Source: Cyanobacteriota bacterium
Lineage (GTDB): Bacteria; Cyanobacteriota; Cyanobacteriia; PCC-6307; Cyanobiaceae
DNA length: 64,000 nt
Assembly (NCBI GenBank): GCA_046052125.1
Contig: JBJOMY010000001.1
Span: 544,001 to 608,000, forward strand
Direction of reading: 5' to 3'
A model generated the notes under the pieces. That model saw only the letters and a list, made by a program, of their open reading frames with translations, made no database searches and was not told the DNA's origin. Positions 34,701-49,700 of the stretch are shown here, in pieces (positions within the stretch are counted from its first letter, which is position 1; each line of letters starts with the position of its first letter). Both the position numbers and the translations under genes were made by a program.

Positions 34701-37700
34701 TGTTGCGGTGATATCGCCATTCGCTGCGGTTACCGACAGCGAAGCCGGATCGCTTGAATTGCCCGTTGCAGTGATCGTGCCGAGGATTGTGGCTAGAGAG
34801 TTATAGATCTGAATGTCATTGCCGCTGGCGCTAATCGCCCCAGTGAAGGCATTGAGCTGATTGAGAAGGGTGATATCCGCCAATGTTGAGAAGTTGCTGG
34901 TTCCAGCAACAATCAACGGCCCAGACTGGGTGATGTCTCCGCCCGCATTGACACTGAAGTTGCCGGTGCTGGTCGTCGTGCCAAGTGTGATGCCATTGCT
35001 GTCGCCAAGGGCAATGTCATTGCCGCTGGCCGAGACGGCTCCACCAAAGTTGTTGCTGGTGCTGCTCAGGTTGATGTCATCTCCGGCTGTGAGGTTCGTC
35101 GCGCCAGAGGCAATGATCGTTCCGCTACCGCTCTGGGTGATGTCGCCAGTGGTCGCCGTGAGGGTGAGATCCTCAGACGTAATCGTGCCTGTTGCAGTGA
35201 TATCACCATTCGCTGCCGTTACCGACAGCGAAGCCGGATCGCCTGTATTGCCTGTTGCAGTGATCGTGCCGAGGATTGTGGTCAGAGAGTTATAGATCTG
35301 AATGTCGTTGCCGCTGGCGCTAATCGCCCCCGGGAAGGCGTTTTGCTGATTGAGGAGGGTGATATCTGCTGGTGTTGAGAAATTGCTGGTGCCAGCAATA
35401 ATCAGCGGCCCAGACTGGGTGATGTTTCCGCCCGCGTTGAGATTGAGGTTGCCGGTGGTTGTGATGGAGCCGAGTGTAATGCCATTCAGATCGGCAATGG
35501 CAATGTCGTCTGCATTCAGGTTGAGCGAACCTGTGAAATTGTTTGAGGAACTGGCGAGAGAAATATCAGATGTTGTGCTGATGCTGGTCACGCCGCCTAC
35601 GGAGAGCTGTGCAGTGCCGCTTTGCATAACCGGTGTCGATCCGGCGGTGATGGTGAGATTGTTGCCAACACTCAAGTTGCCAGTGCCACTCTGACTAAAT
35701 GTGCCCGTAATGAACAGGTCTGATGGCGTCGATAGGGCACCGCCACTCTGCGTCAATGTGGCCAGTTGTATGGCTCCACTGCTCGCTAGCAATCCGCCAC
35801 TTTGATTAAGGGAGTTCAACGAAATTCCACCGGATCCCACCTGCAGACTGCCGCCTGATTGGACTAGAGACCCGCCACCACTAATTGATGTAAGTGTGAT
35901 GGGGCCGGTCGCGGCAGGCGAAACGGCTGATGTGCCCAATGTTGCTTGAATGCCACTGGGGAGGATCACATTGGCAACGTTGGCCAGATCAGGAACAGCG
36001 CCCCCTGCCCAATTCAATGGATCAAGCCAATCTCCGGTTGCAGGTCCGGTCCATGTGACGGAGGCAAGCTGGGTGATGGAAGCTGCTGACGTTACTTGGT
36101 TGGTGATCTGATAATTGCCGGCATCAGCTCCGCTATAGGTGGAGCTAGTCAGAGTGACGGTTTTGCCTGGTGCAACGTTCTTGTCACTAAAGACACCGGT
36201 CGGCGTCACGGTGACCGCGTCACCAGCGAACCAGCCTGTGGCTGCTGTTGTGTCGAAGCTGGCTGTGGTTGAGCCGTCGTAAACCTTGTCGAGCGCTCTG
36301 ATTCCGCTGATCGTGATCGCTTTGGGAGTGATCGTGGCTGTGGTTGTGAGCTGGTTGTTAATCCGATAGTTGCCAACGTCCGCTCCGCTGTAGCTCGCAG
36401 GCCCGAGATCGACCGTTTTGTTGGTGCCTACAGCCTTGGTGGCAAAGGCGCCGGTAGTGCTCACAAGCACGCTGTCGCCGGTTAGCCAGCCAGCGGCGTT
36501 GGTTGTCGTAATCGTGGCTGAAGTTGTGGCGTCGTATTCTTTGCCTGCGGCAGTGATGCCACCGATTGTGATCTCTCTTTGGCCCACTTGTAGAGAGCCA
36601 AGCAATGTTACGGTCCCGCTGAAGTTGCCACCATTCGTGAGGCTGAGATTGCGTGTTGACAGGTCGTATCCGCCAACGTTTAGATACCTACCGGTGCTCA
36701 GTGACGGATTGGAGATGGCGATATCAAAGACCGCGGACGAGCTGCCGTCGTTCACCGTTATTGTGTTGCCGGTGAGACCAATCTGGTTGCCCGTCAAGGA
36801 AACAATGGACGTATTGTCTGCGGCGAGATAGCTGACTGAGTTGATGCTGTAACTGGGCGCATCGCCATAGGTTGTCGACGAGTTATTCAGTTTCACCAAG
36901 AGCGAATTGGCCGGCACCACGGTGTAGGTGGCGGGGCTGTACGTTATCGAGTAGTTATTTGAGGTCTGGCCGCTAACCGAGAGGGTGTAGTTACCCGCCT
37001 GAGTGTTGCTGGCATTACTGCTGTAAGCCAAAGAACCAGCGAGCACGCTGGATGTTTCACCGTTCACAAAACCGGTGTAGCGCACGCCTGCACTACTGAG
37101 ATTCAGCGCTTGCTGATAGAACGTGGCGTTGTCGTTGGCCGCGATGGTGAGCGGCGCCTGCGTGATTGTTCCGGACCCGTTGGACCAATTTAAGGTGTAA
37201 TTGCCTGCATCAGCGCCGGCTAGAGCAACATTGCCCCGAACAACATCGACGGAGCCTGCATCCTTGGCGAAAAACTGCGCAGCACCGTTCAAGCTGACTG
37301 CGTCTGAGAGAAGGACGCCTGCCAGCGGCCCGTAACCGGGGAGATCAGATGCCCCTAATGCAACCGTGCCGTCATAGACCTTGGTCAGTCCGCTGCTTCC
37401 AGATACGGAGAGTGTTGCTTTGTTGATTGTTGCCGTCGCTGATGCTTGATCAGCAATGAGGTAGTTCGCAATGTCGTCGCCGCTATATGTGGAGCTCAGG
37501 AGTACGGTTTTGCCAATTGCTGCGTTCTTATCGGAGAAGACGCCTGTAGCAGAGACGCTGACAGCATCACCTGCGAGCCACCCGCTGGCGAAGCCCACAT
37601 CCACAGAAGCGGCGGTTGTAGCGTCATAGGTCTTATCGGAAGCAGTTATTCCACTAATTGTGATTGCCCTCGGGGCAATTGTCGCGGTTGTCGAAGTCTG

Positions 37701-40700
37701 ACTGGTAATCAGATAGTTGTCAAGGTCATTGCCTGAGTACGTCGTTGACAGGCTTACGGTTTTTCCGGCTCCGGCATTCTTGTTGTCAAAATTACCACTC
37801 GCCGAAACTACAATATTGTCACCGAGTAGCCACCCGGTGGCGCCTTGAGTGTTGACTGTGGCGAGAGTGTTCCCGTCATAGGTTTTGTCGGCTGCAGTAA
37901 TGCCGCTGATCGTGATCGCTTTGGGTGTAATGGCGCCATAGAGTTGTTGGCTGCCCAGTTGGTAATTGCTGGCCAAAGCACTCGGCACGCCATCTACCGA
38001 AGGTGCATCGTTGAGCGTGTAAGTCACGGTGGCAAGGCGTGCACCTGCATTCGAACTATCAAATGTTGCAGAGGCCACAGATACGCTGATGCCTTCACCT
38101 GTCACTACACCGACCAGATTCCCGGGTGTGACCGTGGCAACCGTCGACCGGTCGTAAACCTTGTCTGTGACGAGAGAGCCGAAGATCTGAAGACTCTTTG
38201 GTGTAATGGTGCCGCTGAGAGTGGAGCCTGCGAGGGTGTAATTCGAGGCCTTACCACCGTTGCTCCCGTTGGCCAGTGTGTAATTGGTGGTTACGGCGTG
38301 AGTGCCGGCATTTTTGCTGGCGAATTGAGCGTCAACCTGGCTAATGCTCAAGGTTTCAGCGCCGACCATGCCAGAAAGTTGACCAGGTGTTACAACGGCG
38401 ATCTGAGTGCCGTCGTAAGCCTTTGTTGTGACTGTACCTGGTGTGATGGATAGCGCTCGCGGCGTAATCGATGCCGTCAGGGTGAGACCAGGATCGGCAA
38501 GCACAAAGTTGGAGGCTGATCCTGCCTGCGCACCAACTCCATCAACCAGTGTGAGTGTGTAGCTGACCGGGATGCTGTTTCCCGCATCGGCCGTGTTGAA
38601 AGCACCGCTAGCTGTAACGCCGAGGGTCTCACCCAGGGTTCCTTCTAGGGTTCCGAGCGTCAGTGTTGCTGCGGTTGTTCCGTCGTAGGTTTTGTCTGCA
38701 GCCGTGAGTGAGCTGAGGCTGAGGGTTGCGGGAGTGATGCGTGAGCTGAGAATCTCCCCTGCCAAGACGTAGTTACTGGCGAGGCCCGAGGCGTTAACCC
38801 CGTCACTTAACGAATAAGTCGTGGTGACATCGCGATAACCGGCATCCTTGCTGCTGAATACGCCACTAGCCACAACCTGCAACGATTCACCAGCCACCAC
38901 GTTATTGAGGGTGCCAGGATTCACCGCGGCATTGGTTGTTCCGTCATAGCTCCTCTCAACGGCTTGGCTACCACTGATCGTGAGCACGCGCTCAGTGATT
39001 GAGGCTTGTAGTCCGGTTGGGTTGGCCAGGCTGTAATTGCTCGCTAAACCTGATCCATCCACGAGTTGATAGGTGCCAGTAACCGCTTGAACACCCACCA
39101 CATTGGTGTTCGCGAATGTGCCAGTGGCCGTCACACCCAGTGTTTCGTTGCCTACAAGGCCTGCCAACTGCCCAGGTGTGATGCTGGCTGTCGTTGTTCC
39201 GTCGTATTGACGGCTCGCTGCTGATGTGCCTGAGATCGAGAGGGCCTTGGTTGTGATCAGACCATTCACCAGGTTCGACGCCAGGCTGTAGTTGCTGGCC
39301 AGACCTCCGTTAGCCCCATCGGCCAGTGCGTAGGAGACGGATGCCGTGGTTGTGCCGGCATTCGCACTGGTGTAGAACGCCGATTGAACCGACGCCGTCA
39401 CTTCTTCAGTGCCAACAAAACCTGCAAGAGAGCCCAGGTTCACGCTTGCATCACGAGTGCCGTCATAGGCGCGGCCCACAGCTGTGGAGTCAATCGACCA
39501 ATTGAGAGCTTTGGGCGTGATGGCGGCAGTGATCACATCAGAAGCCAAGCTGTAATTGGTAGCCCCGTTGCCACTCAGGCTGTAAGTCACGGTGGCCTGT
39601 CGGGTTCCTGCGTTGGCGCTGTCGAAGAGGGCTGATTGAATGGCAGCGGTTACCGACTCGCCGCCCACGAAGCCAGTGAGCGTGCCGAGGCTGGCCGTTG
39701 CAATGGTTGTCCCGTCATAGACGCGCCCCACAACGGACGTTGGCGTGGCGAACGACAGTCCCTTCGCTGTGATGGTTGCGTTTGCCGATCCTGCGAAACT
39801 AGGCAGTGTGTAGTTGGTGGCGACGGTATTGCCGCCCCCAGTGAGGGTATAGGTGAAATCAGCTGTCTGTAGGCCGGCATTGGCGCTGCGGAAGGAGCCG
39901 GTCGCTGTTACAGCAATACTTTCACCTGAAAGCACACCAGAAACCGTGCCAGGGGTAATTGTGGCCGCAGTTGTGCCGTCATAAACCTTGCCGTCAACCG
40001 TTGCAGTGCCGAGGATGAGCTCCTTCGGAGTAATCAGAGCGCTGAGCCTGTCGCCTGCGAGGGTGTAGTTGGAGGCCAGTCCGCCGCCTGTGCCGTTGGC
40101 CAGGGAGTAACTGACGGTGGCGGTTTGCATGCCTGCATTGGCACTGTCGAAGACAGCCGACTGAACGGCAGCAGTGACTGTTTGTCCGGTGACAAACCCA
40201 CTGAGGGTGCCCACGCTGACCGTGGCATTTCTTGTGCCGTCGTAGGTGCGAGCGGCTGCGTTGCTGCCACTGATGCTGAGCACGCGTGGCGTGATTACAC
40301 CGTCGTTCCCCGTGAGGGTGTTGGAGGCGAGGTAGTAGTTGGCGGCATCATCGCCGCTCAAGGCAAGCCCGGAATAGCTGTAGGCGCGGTTGGTGCCGGC
40401 GTCTGGACCGCTGAAACTGCCGGCTGGGCCAGCCGTTGGTGCCACCACATCATTGGTGAGCACACCACTCAGGCTCACAGCCGATGTCGAAGCAGCAGTT
40501 GTGCCGTCATACATCTTGGTGGGTGCGGTAACACTGGCCTGCACCAACTTCGGAGCGATGGTGAGCTTGCCCACATACACAGGTCCGCCGGGATCAACGT
40601 TGGCTCGCCCGGTCTGTGTGAAGGTTGTGGCGGTGACGTCGTAATTGCCAACCGTGAGATTCCCCGAGTTTGACATCGGACCAACGGCACCAAGACGGAA

Positions 40701-43700
40701 GGTGAATGAACCCCCTGCCCCATCGTTGTAGGTGTAGGTGTATTCGCCCGATGATGTTGTTGCTTGAGTGAGATCGTAAAGCCTGCTATCGGCGGCAAGG
40801 TATTGAACGCTTGTTGGCGCCAGCGAGATGATCGATCCGAAGGTTTGCGTTTCGTTGGCCGTTTTGATCAACAACCGATTGGCAGCCACGATGGTGTAGG
40901 TGCCATTCTCATAGCTGATCTCATAGTTACTCGATGTGAGCCCCGAGGGAGTCAGGGTGTAATTGCCGGCTGAGTTGAACTCAACTCCCTGCTGGCGCGT
41001 AAAGCTGAGCGCTCCCCCTAGGACTGAACCGGTTTCACCCGCCACCAGGCCGGTGTAGCTCACACCGTTGTATCCAGACGGCTCGGTTTGGGTCACAAAA
41101 CGAGCGTCGTTATTCGCCGTCACCGTGAGAGCTTTTTTGGTGATTGTGCCGCTGCCGTCGGTCCAATTCAGGGTGTAATTGTGTGCGCTGCTGCCTGTGA
41201 GTGCGAGAGTTCCCACCTGCACAGCTCTTTGCCCGCCGTCTTTGCTGTCAAAACGTGCAAGCCCGCTGAGCTCCACCACATCACCCGTTAACACACCACC
41301 CAGCGCGCCATAGGCCGTTGCTCCGCCAGGCAACGCGGTTGTTCCGTCGTACACCTTCGTCAGGCCGGTGGCGCCGCTCAGGCTGAGTGGAGCCCTGGCG
41401 ATGTTGACGGTGGACGTCGATGCGTTGGAGCTGAGGGTGTAGTTCGCCGCATCGGCACCAGCCAGGCTGAGGCCGGTGATGGTCACGAGTTTGCCGGTTC
41501 CGGCATCCGCGTTGGCCATCGTGCCGTTCCCACCCAGCGCCAGCAGTACATCTCCAAGCGCAGCACCGTTAAACACGGCAGTGGCCTGGTTGAGAGCTAC
41601 ATCGTTGTTTTGGTTGTAGGTGCGATCCACACTGCTGATGCCAGTGATGGAGATTGCTTTGGGCGTGATATCAGCCGTGAGCGAGAGCGTGGTTGCGGTT
41701 AGCTGGTAGTTGCCGGCATCAGCTCCTCCAAGCGTCATGTTGGACACGCTCACGGCCTTCGCTGCGCCCACGGTCTTGTCGCTGAAGCTGGCCGTGTAGG
41801 TGCCGATGGTGAGTGAATCAGCACCGAGCTTGTTAGTGAAACCGGCGTTGCTGAGATTGAGCGTCGCCGTGACGCCACCGTCGTAGACACGGTTGTTGGC
41901 GCTCACACCCGTGACCGCACTGATGGTGACGGGTGTAATGCTTGCCGCACTCGTCACCGGGGCGTCGAGTGTGTAGTTCGGGGCGGCGCTCCCGCCAAGG
42001 GAAGCACCGGTCACCGTCACGGTGCGGTTCGTTCCCACAGCCTTGTCGGCAAAGCTGGCTGTGCCGCCCGTGAGCGTGAGATTCGATCCGTCCAGGTTGC
42101 CCGTGAGGACGGCACCGGTCAAACCAACCGTGGCAACTGCAGTGCCGTCGTACACACGATCTGTGGCTGTAACGCCGCTTACTGCTGTGATCGGTCGCGG
42201 CGTGATGTTGCCTGAGGTGCTGAGTGTTCCGCCGGCAAAGCTGTAGTTACCAGCATCCGCGCCTGTCAGCGATAGGGAGGTGAAGGTCACCCCGATGTTG
42301 TCGCCCACTGTGGCCTGGTTGAACGTGCCAACGCCGCTCACGCTGAGCACGTCGTTTCCTTGGCGGTTGTTGTAAACAGCTTGCGAGAAATCAACCGTGG
42401 CGGTGTTGGTGGCGTCATACACCTTGTTGGCAGCCCGCAGATTGCTCACCTGCAACGCCAGCGGTGTGATGTTCGCTGTCACGGTGGGTAGAGCACTGGC
42501 CAGTTGGTAGTTTCCAGCGTCATTGCCGGTGATGGCTGCACCGGTGAACGTCACCGTTTTGCCAACACCAACGTTTTTGTCGCCAAAGGATTGGCCTGTG
42601 AAACTGAGGGTGACAGCATCCCCGGAGAACAGATCGGCGAAGCTGTAGCCGCTCAGCTGGGCAGCTGTTGTGCCGTCGTACGTCCTGTTGGCGGCGCTGA
42701 TGCTGCCGATGGTGAGTGTGGCCTTGGTGATCTCGGCATTTGCTGTTGCCGTGTTGTCGGCCAGCGTGTAGTTGGCAGCGTCTGTGCCTCCAAGACTCAG
42801 GCCGCTGATCGTCACATGTTTGTTTGTGCCAACGTGTTGATCACTGAATGCACCCGTCGCTGTGGCAACGCTCAACACGTCGCCGGGGGCGATTCCGGCA
42901 AAGCTGGCACCAGCGGTGTTGAGGGTGGCGGCGGTGCTGTCGTTGTACACCTTGTTGTTGGCCGTGATGCCGCTGATGGCCGTGATCGATGCCCTGCTCA
43001 CATCAGCGGTGAGCGTTGTGGGGATTGCGCCGGAGCCGAGTTGATAGTTGCCGGCTGAAATCCCGCCGAGGCTGAGGCTATTGATTGTGATCGCTTTGCC
43101 TGTTTCAGCGTTCTTATTAGCGAAGCTGGCGTTGTAGCTGCCCACGCTGAGACCGTCTCCATCGATCAGGCCTGTGAATGTGGCTGATGCGGTGTTGAGC
43201 TGGGCCGCGGTTGTGGCGTTATAAGTGCGGTTAACGCCGCTCAGGTTGCCGATGGCCGTGATCGTGGCCTTCGTAATGTCGGCTGTGGTGGACGTTGTTG
43301 TACTTGCGAGTTGGTAGTTACCAACGTCGGTACCGCCCAAGGTGAGGCCGCTGATTGCCACCGTGCGGCCTGCTCCTGCGTTCACATTGGTGAAGGCGCC
43401 GTTGGCGCTGCTGATTGTGAGGTGATCGCCGCTGATCAGTCCAGCCAACACAGCAGTGGTGAGATCCAGGTTGGCTGCACCCGTGCGGTCGTACACCTTG
43501 GGTGATGCTGCAATCCCCGTCACCCCTGTGATGGTGGCTTTGCTGATTGCAGCGGTGGTGGTTAGCGTGCCTCCGCTGTAGGTGTAGTTGCCAGCATCAG
43601 CGCCGCCGAGGGTGAGGTTGTTGAAGGTGACGGTTTGCGTGCCGACATTCTTCGTGGCGAATGTGCCGTTTGAGCTCACAGAAACGGTGTCGCCCGCGAT

Positions 43701-46700
43701 GAGGCCATTGAAGGTGGCCCCGGCCGTGTTCACGGTGGCTGTTCTTGTGCGGTCGTAGACCTTGTCTGCAGCGGTTAGGCCTGAGATGGTGAGATTTTTC
43801 GGCGTGATCACACCATCGGTTCCCGAAATGCTGGTGGTGGTGATGTAGTAGTTGGCGGCATCAGCGCCGCCCAGCCTGATGCTGGCCGCCGTGTAGCTCT
43901 TGCCAGTGCCTGCGTTTTTGTCGCTGAAATAGTTATCGGATGCGAAGCTCACCACATCGGTGGCCACCAGGCCTGTGGCCGTGATGGGCAGGGCGCCAAG
44001 CGACTGGGTTCCGTCGTAGACCTTGCTGGGAGCGGTGCTGAGTACAGGACTTGTGAGCTGCTTGGGGCTGATGGTGACGTTGCCCAGGATCAAGGGCGTG
44101 CCATCAAAATTATTGCTACCGGTCTGCGTGAACGATCCTGTGGTGATGGCGTAGTTGCCTGCCTGGATCTGTTGCGCTGTGGATAGGGCAGGGTTTGCAA
44201 CAGCCAGCGAGACGGTGGAGGAGCCGCCTGCAATATCCGTGACAACGAAATCCGAGCCCGAAGGGTTCACCGTCAAGGTGTGAAGCGTTGTTGTACCCCC
44301 AGATATCGTCACGTACTGCGCTGAAGACACCTGAAGCGCCGGAGTGCTGCCGTAGGTGTTGGTGGCATTCACCGGTGCGGTGCGAATCACCAGTTCACCA
44401 GCGGGAACAATGGTGAAGTTGCCGGCTTGGTAGTTGAAGGCGTAATTGTTGCTGGACAGCCCCGATGCCTGGAGCTTGCCGGCATAGGAACCCGCCGGAT
44501 CTTCTGTGCTGTTGGCTCCAGTTAAACCGCTGCGATCACGGGTGACGGTGAGGCCAGTGAGATTGAGCGCGCTGGTGGTTTCGCCATTCACAAAGCCGCT
44601 GTATCGAACGCCGGCATACCCTGTGGAACCGTTGGCGGCCACTGGATCATTGAGGGTGACGAACTTGGCGTCGTCGTTCGCTGTCACGGTGAGCGTGGCT
44701 TTGTTGATCGTGGCGGTGCTCGGCGCCCAGGTGAAGGTGTAGTTGCCTGAATCGGCACCCGTGAGGTAAGCACCCCCTTGGTTCACAGACACAGTGCCTG
44801 CGTCTTTGCTGCTGAAGATCGCCTGGCCAGCACCCGTGACGACGTCGGCCACTCCGTTAATCGATACGATCCCATCCAGCGTGCCAAGGCCATTGCCTGA
44901 GGTGATCGCCGTGGTGCCGTCATAGGTTTTGCTCAGCCCCGTGGCGCCGTTGAAGGTGAGTGTCTTCCTGGTGATGGCGGCAGTGGTTGTTGTCTGATCG
45001 ATGACTGTGTAGTTGCCCACATCTGTGCCACCGAACGTGTTCACCAGAAACACGGTTTTGCCTGTGCCTACGTTCTTGTCGCTGAAGGTGGCAACACTGC
45101 TAACGGTGAGCTGATCGCCGCTCACCATATTGGTGAAGCTGGCTGAGCCTGTGTTGGCGCTGCCAGCGGTGGTGCCGTCGTACACCTTGTCGGCTGCTGA
45201 CAGCACCAGTGTGGCCGTGCGCGGTGTAATCGAGCCGGACACGTTGCTCGAGGTTGGTGTTTGATTCACGGCGTAGCCGTACACCGGCTTGTTTCCGGTG
45301 GCATTTCCGGAATCACCCGACTGGAAGTAGATCGCACCCGGGGTGATGACCTTCCCTGTGCCAACGTTTTTATCTGCGAATGTTCCTTCACCCACCAGCA
45401 GGATGCTGGAGTCTCCATCCACCATGCCGCTGGCGGTGTAGTTGATATTGCCTAGGGCGATGTTGACGTTGCCGTCGTACACCTTGGTTGCCGTGCCTCC
45501 AATCGCCGCGGTGAGCACGGGCTGATAGGTGTATTCGAAGCCATTGCGTCCGTCTACGGGCAATCCAACATCGCCAGTGACGCCATAGCGCTTGTAGTCG
45601 AACACCAAGCCACCGCGTTGATCGGCAGTGCCGCCATTGAGGCCAAAGGGATCGGCGTTGGTGCTGCGTACGGTCCACGATTTGCCACCGCCAGCCAGTA
45701 AGGCATTGGCACCGGCCAGGTTGTCGAAACGAGCGCCCTGCAGGGCAATCGCTCCACCTGTGCTGCTGATCAGGGAACTGGACGGAAGGGTGAGGGCTCC
45801 ACCGGCCATCAGTCTCACGCTGCCGCTGGACCTGATCCCGTTCGTGATCGTGAGGCCTTGCGTGATGCTGCCGAGGGTGAGATCACCAGCGGTGCGCAGA
45901 TCGAGGTTGCCCACATTCACCGAGGCAATCACCGGCACGCTGTTGTTGAGATTCAGGGCGGTGAAGTTGCCCCCGCCCAGCAGCGATAGCTGTCCGGGCA
46001 CCGTGAGCACGCCATCAATGGTGATGCCGCCGCCGCTGCTCGAGCTGAAGGTTGCGGCATTGGTGGCCGTAACCGAACCGGTGATCTGGCCCGTTCCACT
46101 ACTGCTCAACAACACCGGCGTGTCGCCCTGCGCGGTGAGGGTGATGCTGCTGTTGGTGGATTGGCTTCCCTTGAGATCGAGGGCAGCGCCTGCGGCCACG
46201 GTGATTGTGCCGGTGCCGAAGGCTTGGCTGGCGCCGAAGGTGGCTGTGCCCGCCGTCACGCTGGTGGCGCCGCTGAAGCCTGCATTGCTAGAGGCGAGGG
46301 TGGCCGACCAGCCGGAAGCGTCGATCAACAGCGAACCGCTACCACTGAGGGTGCCGTTGATCGTTGTATTGGCGCCAGGCCTGATCACCAGTGCGGCGTT
46401 GTTCACGATGTTGGCGCCACCAAGGGTTCCGCTGGACACGGTGTTGCCGAGCTGCAGGGTGCCCGCTTGCACCGTCACGGTGGAGGGGCTGGTGAGACCC
46501 AGGTCTTGGAGGATGGTGATCGTGCCGCTGCCGGCCTTCACCAAATCACCGGTGCCCACCACCGTGGGATTGAGCACATACGACGAGTTGTCGCCGCCGA
46601 TGATCAAGGTGCTGGCGAGGCGAATCGTGCCGGTGCCAGCCACCCGGTGCACGGTTTCAGTTTTGCCGTTGAGGAAGAATTCACCGCCGTTGGCAATCGT

Positions 46701-49700
46701 GAGCAGGCTGGCGTTGGGGATCACCTCATTGGCACCCAGGATCAACTTGCCGCCATCCACCCAGGTGGAGCCGCTGTAAGTGTTGGCACCCGAGAGGGTG
46801 AGATCGCCGCCCAGGAGCCGCAGCGCGCCGGTGCCAGACACCAGGCCCGAGAAACTGCTGGCTTGGCCGGAAGCGCGGCTGAATTCCAGCGTTGCGTTGT
46901 TGGCTAGAGCGATGGCGTTGCCGTTGAGGCTGCCGGTGGTGCCGTTGTCGCCGATGCGCAGGCTGCCGGTGTCCACGCTCACAGTGCCGCTGAAGGTGCC
47001 ATCGCCAACCAGGGTGAGCCTGCCGGCACCGGTTTTGATCAGCCCACCGGTGCCAGCCAGATGGGGCTGGATGCTCTGGCTGTTGGCGTTGCTGGCCGTA
47101 ATCCCCGCCGTGGTGAGGGTGCCGGCCGTGCCCAACACCGACGAGTCTGTGAGCAACAGGGTGCCGATCCTGTCGCTGAAGCCCGCCAAATCAAACGTGG
47201 CATTGGTCACGCTCACCGGCAGGGAGTCCGCCAATGCTCCGGACACGCCCAAGGCGAGCGTGCCGGCGGTGACGCTGAGGCCACCGGTGAAGGTGGACGC
47301 GCCCGCCAGGGTGAGGGTGCCGCTGCCGGTTTTGGCGAGATTGCCGCCAGCACCTGAGATCACACCCGAATAGCTGGTGGACGTGTTGAGGCCGCCCACG
47401 CTCAAGGTGCCTGTGCCCAAGGTGATCCCAGTGGTGCCGGCGATGGACCCCGCGGTTTCGGTGCGGTTGTTCACGTCGAATACGCCACCACTGAGCACCA
47501 GGGCGCTGAGGTTGGGGAGCTGTTCGTCGGCCGCCAAGCGCAGGATGCCGCCGCTGATGGTGGTGATGCCGGTGTAGCTGTTGGCACCCACGGCGCCACC
47601 GAAGCTCACCGTGCCAGTTCCGGCCTTCTTCAGGCCGCCGGCACCGCTGATCAGCGCGTTGACATCGCGGTTGGTGCCGTCACCGAAGGTGAGAACGTTG
47701 CCGGAGGCGAGGGTGACGAAGGAGCCGGTTGCACCAGCCAGCGAACCGATCGTGTCGGTGCTGCGCACGTCAAAGGTTGCGTTCGCGCTCACGCTCACCA
47801 CCGTGCTGTCGCTGAGGGTGCCGCTCAGGCGCAGGGTGCCGGCCTCGATGTTGGTGGCACCGGTGTAGGCGTGGGTGCCCGAGACGATCTGCACACCGTC
47901 TCCTTTCTTGCTCAGCGCGAGGGTGCTGTCTGTGATGTTGCCGCTGTAGGTGGCAGTGGCGTTGGTGACGCCAATGTTGTTGGCGATGCCGATCTGCAGA
48001 GTGGTAGCGCCACTACCGCCGCTGCGCTTGATTTCGCCACTGCCGGTGAGCGCATCGATGATGACTCCATTGGCATTGTTGTAATCGAAAAGGTTGAGGT
48101 TGGCGCTGCTGGCGATATCGAGGCTGGCCTCGTTTGACGTCCAATCACTCACTGAACCATTGGCCAGGCGTAGCTCACCCTTGAGCAGCTTGATCCAGCC
48201 GCCGGCACTGAGATCAATCGTGCCGCCATATGAACCATGGAGATAACCAACGGAGCTCGTGGTGGCGCCATCGCGTTCGAGCGTGCCGGCACCGCGGTAG
48301 GTGATCCCGGCCGTGTTGGTGAACGTGTTGAGGTTGCCGCTCAGGGTGAGGGTGGCGCCTGAAGCGATGTCCACCGTTGGCGTTTCGGTGGAGCTGCCGC
48401 CGAACACCAACTTGCCGGCATTCACCTGCGTGCCCACGTTGTAGGTGTTGGTGGTGTGGCTCAAGGTGGTGGTGCCACTGCCGTCTTGGATCAGCAGGCC
48501 GGTGTTGTTGGCGGGATTACTGCCCTTGGTGACGGCCTGGCTCACGCTGTAGGCGTTGCTGCGGTTGAACACGAGGCTGCCACCGGTGAGCTGCACCTCG
48601 GTGCTGCTGGAGCCCAGTTGACCGGTGGTGCCTCCCGCGCCGATCTGCAGCACGCCGCCCTTGACCTGGGTAACACCGGAATAGGTGTTCGCACCGGTGA
48701 AGATCTGCGTGCCGCTGCCCACCTTGATTACATTTTGAAGCTTGTGATTGTTGGCCGCGTCATAGTCTTGGATCACACCACTAAAGGTGCCGCTGCCGCC
48801 GGCGATGCCGATGGTGGGGCTCGACGAGAGGCCACTCCAGCCTGACCTCCAGGTGCCGCCGCCCGTGAGGGCGTCAATAATCACATTGTTTTCTACACTT
48901 GAGAAAGTGGCACCCGAGGCGATATTGAGCGATGCTTTGTTGTCGGTCCATACTTCGTTGTTGTAACTACCGGCGACAAACTCGCCGCCTTGTACATCAA
49001 TCCAACTGCCTGGGCCAAGGTTGAATGTGGCTGCGGTTGTACCCCACTGAATCTTGCCGGCACCCGTTTTACGCAAGGTGCCGTTGCCGCTGACGCTGAG
49101 GTTGTAAGCCAGATCGCGAGTTCCTGAGCCCACGTTGAACTCCAGAACCCCTCGTGTGCCGGCAGCGTCGTTGGCATTGAGGGTGACGCCGGATGTGCGT
49201 GGAGAAACATTGCCCGAGCCATTCGTATCGAAATCGAAGGCCAGGGTGCCATCGTTCACCGTGGTGCTGCCACCGTAGGAATAGGGATTCGTGGTGTTGA
49301 GGAGCCGGAGCGTTCCTGCACCATCCTTCACGATGTTGAGCTTGGAGGTGCCGGGTGTGCCTGCTTTATCGCGAACGTTGCCCGTGAAGGCAACATCCTG
49401 GGCTTGGGTGATGGTGAGGGTTCCATTGGCAAGATTATCGAGATTCCAATGGTTTTGAATGTTGGCGCGCCAGTTGTTGCTGTTGCTGCCCTGCAGGATG
49501 TTGCCGATCACCTGCGAGGTGCCCATGATGTTTGTTTCAGCCCAGCCTGATGAGCGGCTGTCAAACACCAGGTTCACATTGGAGCCGAGCTGATTGTTGG
49601 CTCCAAACTCCAGGAAGGCATCAGCGCCGTTGACTTCCGAGATGATCGAAATATTGCTCGTGGCTGCCGTGTTGGTGTAGAGCGCGCGCCCATTTGGGTT

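Noticed and set aside
32845..35500. CRISPR array or diversity-generating retroelement
   Set aside because: Repeats are long, in-frame and coding with no spacers; no cas or reverse transcriptase gene and no adenine-specific variation was noticed.
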